Of a stretch of 9,012 nt of DNA, positions 1-7,724 are shown piece after piece; position 1 is the stretch's first letter, and every line of letters starts with the position of its first letter. A program made the translations under genes and the position numbers. The notes beneath the pieces are model-generated. The model searched no databases. It was not told the origin of the DNA and saw nothing but the letters and a program-made list of their open reading frames with translations. Source of the DNA: Octopus sinensis (taxonomy: Eukaryota); the NCBI RefSeq assembly GCF_006345805.1, contig NW_021828108.1, positions 1 to 9,012 of the forward strand, in the 5' to 3' direction.

Positions 1-257
1 ATAGACAGATAGATGGAGGGATGTATGGTTTATTGAAGCTGATTATTATCTCACGACTTATGTTTCAGCCCCCTGCGATGTTTGCATTTGTTAGTCCGTT
101 TGCGGTTTGTTTGGCATCAACCAAATATAACATATCCTCACATTTCCTCTGTTGCATTGATATCGTGTTTTGCTGCTGGGAATGGACGCCAAAACAGCAG
201 AAGCAGACGACATTATAGAGCTGGGTCACACAGAACGCTAGATCCAACAAGAGTGCT

Positions 258-300
258 GGACCTCGCGATCACGAAGCGAAGTTCTTAACCATTCGGCCAT
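258..300 (-). mobile_element. Remnant tRNA-like SINE head (A box only)
   Basis: Minus strand reads ATGGCCGAATGGTTAAGAACTTCGCTTCGTGATCGCGAGGTC. TGGCCGAATGG fits the Pol III A box, and the layout resembles the heads at 5561 and 6895. No B box follows. Confidence 0.45.
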
Positions 301-301
301 A

Positions 302-353
<52 letters not shown>
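301..353. repeat. (ACT)n trinucleotide microsatellite
   Basis: Nearly pure ACT/TAC run adjoining the 3' end of the minus-strand SINE at 358-562. Confidence 0.95.
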
Positions 354-355
<2 letters not shown>

Positions 356-357
356 AT

Positions 358-562
358 AAGGGGCTAAACATAGAGGGGACAAACAAAGACGGACAAACGG
401 ATTAAGTCGATTATATCGACCCCAGTGCGTAACTGGTACTTAATTTATCGACCCCGAAAGGATGAAAGGCAAAGTCGACCTCAGCGGAATTTGAACTCAG
501 AACGTAGCAGCAGACGAAATACCGCTAAGCATTTCTCCCGGCGTGCTAACGATTCTGCCAGC
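358..562 (-). mobile_element. tRNA-derived SINE, family B (Deu/Nin-like central domain)
   Basis: Minus strand: GCTGGCAGAATCGTTAGC (A-box-like), GAGTTCAAATTCC (B box), then GAGGTCGACTTTGCCTTTCATCCTTTCGGGGTCGATAAATTAAGTACCAG. Homologous copies at 2959-3145 and 4461-4664. The Deu/Nin resemblance is recalled, not searched. Confidence 0.85.
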
Positions 563-805
563 ACTACCACAACTTCCATTACTTCCACCACCACCACCAC
601 CACCATCACCTCACTACTACACTCTCACGCGCACCACCACCACCACTACTACTACTACCACCACCACCACCATTACTACTACCACTACCGCAACCACCAT
701 GACCTCCACCACCACTACTACTACTACCACCACCACCACCACCACCACCACCATTGCTACTACTACTACCACCACCACCACCACCACCACCACTACTACT
801 ACTAC
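563..805. repeat. Mixed (CAC)/(TAC) trinucleotide low-complexity tract
   Basis: Alternating CAC and TAC runs, giving poly-T/H/Y/V translations in several frames. Confidence 0.95.
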
Positions 806-946
806 AGATATTTCCTCTGACATCACCATTGATTCGCTATCAAACACTCCTCTTATTCATTCATTCTCTCCTTCATTAATTGTTGATTCATTCACTCTGC
901 CTTCTTCCTACCTTAAGGTGAAACCTTTATTTCCTCTCTTTCTTCG

Positions 947-1364
947 TTGTCATCGCCATCATCATCGTCATCATCATCCCCATCATCACCATCACCTTCG
1001 TCATCATCATCATCCTCAACATCATCCTCACCATCATCATCAAAATCATCATCATCATCATCACCTTCGTCATCATCATCATCACCTTCGTCGTCATCAT
1101 CATCATCATCATCACCTTCGTCGTCATCATCATCATCACCTTCGTCGTCATCATCATCATCACCTTCGTCGTCATCATCATCATTATCATCACCTTCGTC
1201 GTCATCATCATCATCACCTTCGTCGTCATCATCATCATCACCTTCGTCGTCATCATCATCATCACCTTCGTCGTCATCATCATCATCATCATCACCTTCG
1301 TCGTCATCATCATCATCATCATCACCTTCGTCGTCATCATCATCATCATCATCATCATCCACAT

Positions 1365-1397
<33 letters not shown>

Positions 1398-1423
1398 CAT
1401 CATCGTCATCATCATCACCTTCG

Positions 1424-1469
<46 letters not shown>

Positions 1470-1501
1470 GATCCACATCATCATCATCATCATCACCTTC
1501 G

Positions 1502-1533
<32 letters not shown>

Positions 1534-1568
1534 TCATCGTCATCGTCATCATCATCATCATCATCATT

Positions 1569-1600
<32 letters not shown>

Positions 1601-1620
1601 CATCATCATCATTATCACCA
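947..1620. repeat. (CAT)n array with higher-order CACCTTCGT(CGT)(CAT)n unit
   Basis: About 670 bp of CAT repeats interrupted 14 times by CACCTTCGT, 10 of them with an extra CGT. Confidence 0.95.
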
Positions 1621-1948
1621 ATAGTCAAACGCCAATACATGACTGGTAACCCTCATCGGCACGTAATATTACTTTTAGTGTATTGATAATAACATCGATT
1701 ACGTGACTTGGTTGGTACTTTGTCTTTTATTGCTATAGTTTGCTGCAGAATATATCGATAGATTCGTTGTAAATACAGTGTGTATAAACAGTGTGTATAA
1801 AGACAGATAAAGCAGGATCCAAGAAAACTGGCGGTGGTTTACTTTGACAAACTCCGTATCATTTAGAAAAAGCGACAGAATGAATATTGTGAAATTGCTG
1901 TGGGGAATGAAGTGCCCGACGTTTCGGATAAAGCTTTTCTTCAAGGTT

Positions 1949-2004
1949 ATGAAGCGAACGTCGTAACTGCATAAAAATGAAGCGAACGTCGTAACTGAAT
2001 AAAA
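1949..2004. repeat. 28-bp tandem duplication
   Basis: ATGAAGCGAACGTCGTAACTG(C/A)ATAAAA at 1949-1976 and 1977-2004, one mismatch. Confidence 0.9.
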
Positions 2005-2035
2005 ATTAAATTGATCTTTATAATATTGAAATATA

Positions 2036-2410
2036 GGCGCAGAAGTGGCTGTGTGGTAAGTAGCTTGCTAACCAACCACATGGTTCCGGGTTCAGTCCCA
2101 CTGCTTGGCATCTTGGGCAAGTATCTTCTGCTATAGCCCCGGGCCGACCAATGCCTTGTGAGTGGATTTGGTAGACGGAAACTGAAAGAAGCCCGTCGTA
2201 TATATGTGTATGCGTGTGTGTGTTTGTCCCCCTAGCATTGCTTGACAACCGATGCTGGTGTGTTTACGTCCCCGTCACTTAGCGGTTCGGCAAAAGAGAC
2301 CGATAGAATAAGTACTGGGCTTACAAAGAATAAGTCCCGGGGTCGATTTGCTCGACTAAAGGCGGTGCTCCAGCATGGCCGCAGTCAAAAACAAAACAAA
2401 ACAAAACAAA
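2036..2410 (+). mobile_element. Full-length tRNA-derived SINE, family A (CORE-like), with (AAAAC)n tail
   Basis: A box TGGCTGTGTGG 2046-2056, B box GGTTCAGTCCC 2089-2099, CORE-like CTTGGGCAAG, internal TA/TG microsatellite at ~2199-2223, 3' GGCGGTGCTCCAGCATGGCCGCAGTC and AAAAC repeats. Homologous pieces at 3679-4302, 4959-5180, 6035-6134 and 8411-8479. Confidence 0.9.
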
Positions 2411-2490
2411 TAGCACATAAAAGGACATAAATGAAGGGCTGAAGTTCTTTTATTCGCCATATTACGGATTCTTCTAAACATATATATAAG

Positions 2491-2570
2491 TACCGTATTT
2501 TACCGTGAATAAGGAACCCCTTTTTTGTCAAAAATTTGGTTAAAAAATATGGGAGTTTCTTATTCATAGA
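2491..2570 (+). mobile_element. Single terminus of a Tc1/mariner (Tc2/pogo-like) DNA transposon or MITE
   Basis: TA followed by CCGTATTTTACCGTGAATAAG resembles Tc2-type TIRs. Subterminal inverted repeat TGAATAAGGAACCCC (2506-2520) / GGAGTTTCTTATTCA (2552-2566) matches 13/15. No partner TIR found. Confidence 0.5.
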
Positions 2571-2637
2571 TAGGTAATGAATTCTCTAGGTGGTACTTTC
2601 AACGTTTTTTATTTTTTATTTTTCCACTGTTGATGAG

Positions 2638-2957
2638 ATCAATAAATGCCAGACCACGCGACCTTTTTGCTCTAAATCGCATCCTTGACCACTTCACAAG
2701 CTCGTCTAGTCTCAAGAGGGCTCTCTGCATGATTTACTTGTCTGTTGATAGAAGTGTCACGTCATCCATGAAGGCCTTCTTAGGCGATTGCACATGGTCG
2801 ATTTGTTCCGAAAAATCCACAGCTTCAAAATCAACTCCATGACTAAGACAAACCACGTGACAGATACTGTGCAGCCAGCAACAATGCCAATCTCCAATTG
2901 GTACCAATCTGTTGAAAAATCTCCAACTGTAAACCTCATTTCGAAATTGTCATAATA
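2638..2957 (-). pseudogene. Degenerate reverse transcriptase fragment of a non-LTR retrotransposon (HERO-like, R2 group)
   Basis: YYDNFEMRFTVGDFSTDWYQLEIGIVAGCTVSVTWFVLVMELILK, frameshift near 2820-2830, then SPKKAFMDDVTLLSTDK*IMQRALLRLDELVKWSRMRFRAKRSRGL. Catalytic FMDD at 2772-2761 and in-frame TAA at 2736-2734. Confidence 0.85.
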
Positions 2958-2958
2958 T

Positions 2959-3145
2959 TATTTCTTTATTACCCACAAAGGGCTAAACACAGAGGGGGCA
3001 AACAAGGACAGACAAAGAGGTTAAGTCGATTACATCTACCCCAGTGCGTAACTGGTACTTAATTTATCGACCCCGAAAGATTGAAAGGCAAAGTCGACCT
3101 CGGTGGAATTTGAACTCAGAACGTAACGGCAGATGAAATACCTAT
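2959..3145 (-). mobile_element. 5'-truncated family B SINE
   Basis: Closely matches 358-522 (GGGCTAAACA...GAACTCAGAACGTA...GAAATACC) but lacks the A-box head. Confidence 0.85.
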
Positions 3146-3157
3146 TTTATAAAAAGC

Positions 3158-3530
3158 TCAACACACCTCGTTTTCAAACTCTTTATATCTTCCTTTCTCA
3201 TTAGCAGCAGGCCACAGAACCCTCGGTTTCCTCCGAGTACTATCTGATGCACCCGTTTCATAACCTGCAGTTTCCTGTCGGGAAGAGGTCTTTACTGTAG
3301 CATTTATCGATCCGCTGTGGTTTGAGTGCGGGGATGATTTGCCACGTGTTTTACGATCAGATGATCCACACTGCTCTGTCCTATCCTTACAAGACTTTTC
3401 CTGATGTATATTCAAGCCTCACTCGGTTGCAAAGGTCCTACAGCACATCTTGCATCCAAAGTTGTTTGCACTTCATTCACTGTTCGAAGGAATGGCCGTA
3501 TTCATGGCCAAGGTCATTTCCGTGTTAACT
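3158..3530 (-). pseudogene. Degenerate N-terminal ORF region of the same non-LTR element (zinc finger plus WP motif)
   Basis: FGCKMCCRTFATE*GLNIHQEKSC (C-x2-C...H-x4-C finger, 3454-3389; TGA at 3421-3419, plausibly from CGA), in frame with RKPRVLWPAANEKGRYKEFENEV. Same strand as, and upstream of, the RT fragment. Confidence 0.7.
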
Positions 3531-3813
3531 GAGTTTCATTCAAAATACACGTACATGAAATATTACTTCCGAAATACAAAGACAGCGTTTTTAGTTTCGT
3601 ATTTTGATGATGAAACATAGCCGTAGGTTAATGAGAACTTATGGCCTGTTGCCTTCCGGATGTCCGTCACCTAATTCAAGCGTGGCTGGCTTCCCAGTTA
3701 CGTGATTTCAGGTTCAGTCCCACTGCGTGGCACCTTGGGCAAGTATCTCCTACTATAGCCTCGAGCCGACCAAACCTTGTGAATAGATTTGGCTGACGGA
3801 AACTGAAAGAACC

Positions 3814-3816
<3 letters not shown>

Positions 3817-3899
<83 letters not shown>
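3817..3899. repeat. (TA)n microsatellite
   Basis: Pure TA run of about 41 units. Confidence 0.95.
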
Positions 3900-3902
<3 letters not shown>

Positions 3903-3990
3903 TGCTCGCTTAGCCAGCGGGGTGGCGTCATTCGAGGCTAAAACAATGCGAACGCATTGTGACCAGCGATGGTCTGGTCGGTCACGTGAT

Positions 3991-3997
<7 letters not shown>
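3900..3997 (+). mobile_element. 3' fragment of family C element inserted in (TA)n
   Basis: Ends in GGTCTGGTCGGTCACGTGATCACGTGA, identical to the terminus of the minus-strand element at 6657-6895. The body aligns loosely with it (ACAATGC...CAGCGATG). TA runs on both sides. Confidence 0.8.
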
Positions 3998-4041
<44 letters not shown>

Positions 4042-4330
4042 AGTTTGTGTGTGTGTCTATGTCTGTGTGTATTTGTGTTTCTGTTTGTTCCCCATCACTG
4101 CTTGACAACCGGTGTTGGTGTGTATATGTCCTCGTAACTGAGCAGTTCGGCAAAATAGACCGATAAAATAAGTACTAAGCTTTGCAAAAAAAAAAAATCA
4201 GAAAGGAAGCCCTGGGGTCGATTTCTTTGATTAAAACCCTTCAATGCGCTGCCCCAGCATGGCCGCAGTTAAATAACTGAAACAAGTAAAAGAATGAAAG
4301 ACTAAAGGGATGTAATGTCTAAGGTATGCA

Positions 4331-4331
4331 C

Positions 4332-4378
<47 letters not shown>

Positions 4379-4406
4379 TGTGTGTGTGTGTGTGCGTGCG
4401 CGTGTG

Positions 4407-4437
<31 letters not shown>
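4331..4437. repeat. (TG)n followed by (CA)n microsatellite
   Basis: About 75 bp of TG/CG alternation followed by about 27 bp of CA repeats. Confidence 0.95.
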
Positions 4438-4439
<2 letters not shown>

Positions 4440-4460
4440 GTAGCAGATTAATATAAATAG

Positions 4461-4664
4461 GGAGCTGGCAGAATCGTTAGCACGCCGGGCGAACTGCTTT
4501 TCGTCCGTCTTTACGTTCTGAGTTCAAATTCCACCGAGGTCGACTCTGACCGTTTTATCATTTCGACGTGGATAAAATTAGTAACAGCTGAGTAGTGGGG
4601 TCGATATAATCGACTTAATCCTTTACCTCAAATTGCTGGCCTTGTGCCAAAATTTGAAACCAAT
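4461..4664 (+). mobile_element. Family B SINE with an alternative 3' tail
   Basis: GAGCTGGCAGAATCGTTAGCACGCCGGGCG...GAGTTCAAATTCC...GGGGTCGATATAATCGACTTAATCC matches 358-562, then diverges to AAATTGCTGGCCTTGTGCCAAAATTTGAAACC. Confidence 0.85.
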
Positions 4665-4753
4665 ATATATTTTTGTAAGTTGGTATGTGTATACAGGTAC
4701 GTATGTATGTGTGTATATAGATACATGTGCATGTGAATGCACCTGACCAACGC

Positions 4754-4792
<39 letters not shown>

Positions 4793-4903
4793 CTGCCACT
4801 CTATCAACATATCTCTTCAGTTATCGGGCAGGCGTGGTTTTCCGCCCCGACATCCGAAACTCGGAGTTTTATCATAGCTACCGAATAATTGCCACATCAT
4901 ATA

Positions 4904-4938
<35 letters not shown>

Positions 4939-4958
4939 CGCCCGGCATCTTTCAGGTT

Positions 4959-5177
4959 TATATATATGTATGTATTTGTGCATCTGTGTTTGTTCCCCCA
5001 CCATCGCTTGGCAACTGATGTTGGTTTGTTTATATCCCCATAACTTACCGTTTCGAGAAAAGAGACCGATAGAATAAGTACTAGGCTTACAAAGAATAAG
5101 TCCTGGGGTCGATTGTTCTACTAAAGACAGTGCTCCACCAGCATTGCCACAGTCAAATGACTGTGATAGGTAAAAGA

Positions 5178-5180
<3 letters not shown>
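4959..5180 (+). mobile_element. 3' half of family A SINE
   Basis: TGTTTGTTCCCCCACCATCGCTTG...AGAGACCGATAGAATAAGTACT...CAGTCAAATGACTG aligns with 2200-2390. Confidence 0.85.
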
Positions 5181-5234
<54 letters not shown>

Positions 5235-5996
5235 AGATTACTTTTAATCGACAGAAGTTAGGAATCCCTCAAGGGTCGAGAGTTTCATACATGACACTTA
5301 TCTTAATGGCAAACATGAAATTGAAAGCCCTTGAATGACTTAATAAGGACAATACTCATGTTTTGAGGTATGTGTATGTGTGTACATATATATATATCTA
5401 TATATATAATACTAATATATATATATATAATATATATATATTATATATTATATACCCATATATATATATGTATGTATATATATATATATACATGCATATA
5501 TATTACATACACATACACATACCTCAAAATATGAGTATTGTCCTTATTAAGTCATTCAAGTGAGGGCGCGTGGCTTAGTGGTTAGGGCATTCGGCTCATG
5601 ATCGTAAGGTTGTGAGTTCGATTCCCGGCGACGCGTTGTGTCCTTGAGCAAGACACTTTATTTCACGTTGCTCCAGTCCACTCAGCTGGCAAAAATGAGT
5701 TGTACTTGTATTTCAAAGGGTCAGCCTTGTCACTCTCTGTTTCACGCTGATTATCCCCGAGAACTACGTTAAGGGTACACGTGTCTGTGGAATGCTCAGC
5801 CATTTGCACGTTAATTTCACGAGCAAGCTGTTCCGTTGATCGTATCAGCTGGGACCCCTCGTCGTCGTAACCGGCGGAGAAAGAAGGAAGTCATTCAAGG
5901 GCTTTCAATTTCATGTTTGCCACTTAAGATAAGTGTCATGTATGAAACTCTCGACCCTTGAGGGATTTCCTAACTTCTGTCGATTAAAAGTAATCT

Positions 5997-6038
<42 letters not shown>

Positions 6039-6129
6039 TTTTACCTATCACAGTCATTTGACTGTGGCAATGCTGGAGCACTGTCTTTAGTAGAACAATC
6101 GACCCCAGGACTTATTCTTTGTAAGCCTA
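5082..6129. repeat. Long inverted duplication (palindrome), arms ~300 bp, TA-rich spacer
   Basis: Left arm 5082-~5384 is the reverse complement of ~5504-5560 plus 5900-6129. Outside the microsatellites I see only one substitution, two 1-nt indels and one 3-nt indel. Spacer ~5385-5503. Confidence 0.95.
5561..5887 (+). mobile_element. Full-length tRNA-derived CORE-like SINE, family D, with 12-bp TSD
   Basis: A box TGGCTTAGTGG 5571-5581, B box GTTCGATTCCC 5616-5626, GTGTCCTTGAGCAAGACACTT 5638-5658, short AAG tail. TSD AAGTCATTCAAG at 5549-5560 and 5888-5899. Confidence 0.92.
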
Positions 6130-6134
6130 TGTAC
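6035..6134 (-). mobile_element. Inverted duplicate of the family A SINE 3' end
   Basis: Reverse complement of 5078-5180, sharing its private variants (GATTGTTCTACTAAAGACAGTG, GCATTGCCACAG, GACTGTGATAGG). Confidence 0.9.
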
Positions 6135-6157
6135 CTAGATATATGTATATATAGGTG

Positions 6158-6228
<71 letters not shown>

Positions 6229-6316
6229 CACAAACCACGTGTAAATAACAAAAGAGTACACTTCAATATTGTTGAAAATAGACGACTAAATGTATAAATT
6301 GACAGGTAATATATAT

Positions 6317-6367
<51 letters not shown>

Positions 6368-6484
6368 TATATATATCAAGTGCCGCGTATCAGAGGTGGA
6401 TTCACAAACTAGTGTAGCTCATTCAGCGGTGGTGCCCCAGCATGGCCGCGGCCTTCGGGCTAAAACATTTAAAGGATTTAAGGA

Positions 6485-6552
<68 letters not shown>

Positions 6553-6590
6553 TATATATATACACACACACATATACATATACATATAAA
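6135..6590. repeat. Cluster of (TA)n arrays with short intervening islands
   Basis: TA runs at ~6138-6221, 6309-6376 and 6485-6562, followed by CA/TACA repeats. Confidence 0.9.
6377..6485 (+). mobile_element. Retroposon 3' fragment sharing the family A tail motif, embedded in (TA)n
   Basis: GCGGTGGTGCCCCAGCATGGCCGC (6426-6449) matches the family A tail, but the upstream sequence is unrelated to family A. Ends in a duplicated ATTTAA(A)GG. Confidence 0.6.
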
Positions 6591-6593
6591 ATT

Positions 6594-6682
6594 TCTGGTC
6601 GGTCACGTGATCACGTGACATATATTATATATATATATATATATTTATAAATATATGTCACGTGATCACGTGACCGACCAGA
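6594..6682. repeat. Perfect 33-bp inverted repeat of family C termini around a TA spacer
   Basis: TCTGGTCGGTCACGTGATCACGTGACATATATT (6594-6626) and its exact reverse complement (6650-6682). Confidence 0.95.
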
Positions 6683-6895
6683 CCATCGGATGCTGCCACA
6701 CATCGCTGACCCCAATAAAGTTTGCATTGTCTTCGGCATGAAATGGTGCCACTCTCCCCTAGATCGGAAGGGGGCTGGAGCAACGTGAAATGAAGTGCTT
6801 TGCTCAAGAGCGCAACGCACAGCTCGGCCTGGGAATCGATCCCACGAACTAGCGATCGTGAGTTGCAACAGCCTAGCCACTAGGCCACTCGCCTT
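6657..6895 (-). mobile_element. tRNA-derived CORE-like SINE, family C, ending in GTCACGTGATCACGTGAC plus (TA)n
   Basis: A box TGGCCTAGTGG (6887-6877), B-box-like GGATCGATTCCC, then CTTGAGCAAAGCACTTCATTTCACGTTGCTCCAG shared with family D. The 3' part matches 3900-3997. Confidence 0.85.
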
Positions 6896-7328
6896 CACAC
6901 ACACTGACGCACACGCGCGCGCATATTATATATATATATGCGCTTATTTATACTTACGTACTAACTGGGCCGAAATAGAACTAGAAGTCGGTCGAATGTT
7001 AACGATCTTAAAAAATACACAGGTTTATTTTTATTTCGAAATTTTGTGTTGTGTGGATGGGGTGAAATTCGAAACTAGCGGAGCGAGATAAACAGCAAAT
7101 AGCCATTTTTTTTTTTTCTAAAATAACCTTCCTAGAAGAAATAAGAAAATGTCTATGACATATCCAGTGCTGCCAAAAACTGAAAGAAGTGGACAGGAAA
7201 AATAAACAAGGCAAAGCGATAAAGCACGACTGATGGATTGGAGCAGCAGAAAGATCATTTGCAGACGATCATTAGCAGACGATCGAGTTATCTTCACATT
7301 AAAGTCTTAGGAACAGAATGGACTAAAC

Positions 7329-7395
7329 CAGCGGTTCTCAAACGTTTCTTGACTGTGGAACTCATTGATTCCCATTTTACTCGGATGACCCCCTC
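7329..7395 (+). mobile_element. hAT (Charlie-like) terminus remnant
   Basis: CAGCGGTTCTCAAAC resembles Charlie/MER5-type TIRs (CAGTGGTTCTCAA) and is preceded by GACTAAAC, similar to the 8-bp Charlie target preference. No second TIR in the window. Confidence 0.5.
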
Positions 7396-7425
7396 CTAGA
7401 TATCCAATCTTACTGTATTTTTATC

Positions 7426-7724
7426 GTGGCACTCCGTCGGTTTCGACGACGAGGGTTCCAGTTGATCCGATCAACGGAACAGCCTGCTCGTGAAATTAAC
7501 GTGCAAGTGGCTGAGCACTCCACAGACACGTGTACCCTTAACGTAGTTCTCGGGGAGATTCAGCGTGACACTGTGTGTGACAAGGCTGGCCCTTCGAAAT
7601 ACAGGTACAACAGAAACAGGAAGAAAGAGTGAGAGAAAGTTGTGGTGAAAAAAATACAGCAGAGTTCACCCACCCCTCTGCTGGAGCTTTAGGTGTTTTC
7701 GCTCAATAAACACTCACAACGCCC
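7426..7724 (-). mobile_element. 5'-truncated SINE, family E (family D tail with a different body)
   Basis: 7432-7611 is the reverse complement of 5699-5879 (GAGAACTACGTTAAGGGTACACGTGTCTGTGG...). 7612-7724 differs, with a CT-rich tract and a diverged GCGTTGTG...TTGAGCGAAAACAC...GCTCCAG. Confidence 0.8.

Larger units (their letters stand above)
3679..4302 (+). mobile_element. Family A SINE with expanded internal microsatellite and a nested insertion
   Basis: 5' half 3679-3815 (partly deleted A box, GGTTCAGTCCC, CCTTGGGCAAG, GACGGAAACTGAAAGAA) and 3' half ~4065-4302 both align with 2036-2390. Between them lie (TA)n, a foreign 98-bp insert, (TA)n and (TG)n. Confidence 0.85.

Noticed and set aside
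60-290. Possible exon after TTTATGTTTCAG (acceptor-like, 68)
   Set aside because: No recognisable protein in any frame and no convincing donor site; would need RNA-seq.
1083-1340. Regularly spaced repeats as a possible CRISPR array
   Set aside because: The spacers are CAT repeats rather than unique sequence, no cas genes are present, and the context is eukaryotic.
425-1686. Long ORFs encoding poly-His, poly-Asp, poly-Ser, poly-Thr and poly-Met (up to 368 aa)
   Set aside because: CAT and CAC repeats lack stops in most frames on both strands. The starts fall in SINE or repeat sequence and no domain is present.
3542-3553. AAAATACACGTA as the right TIR partner of the Tc2-like end at 2491
   Set aside because: Short, imperfect match in AT-rich DNA, without the subterminal repeat.
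3636-3700. Possible HDV-like ribozyme or 5' UTR of the non-LTR element (minus strand GGAAGGCAACAGG)
   Set aside because: I could not build the nested double pseudoknot, and 3679-3700 is better explained as the family A SINE head.
5561-5632. tRNA gene (also considered at 2036-2105 and 6825-6895)
   Set aside because: A and B boxes are present but there is no proper acceptor stem or T-run terminator, and each continues into SINE body.
3698-6904. Short ORFs rich in YIYI, CVCV or HTHT
   Set aside because: Translations of (TA)n, (TG)n and (CA)n microsatellites and SINE bodies.
7246-7284. Three short tandem copies of GCAGA(C/AA)GATC(ATT); also a 13-bp duplication at 1775-1800
   Set aside because: Ordinary slippage-scale duplications with no further structure.
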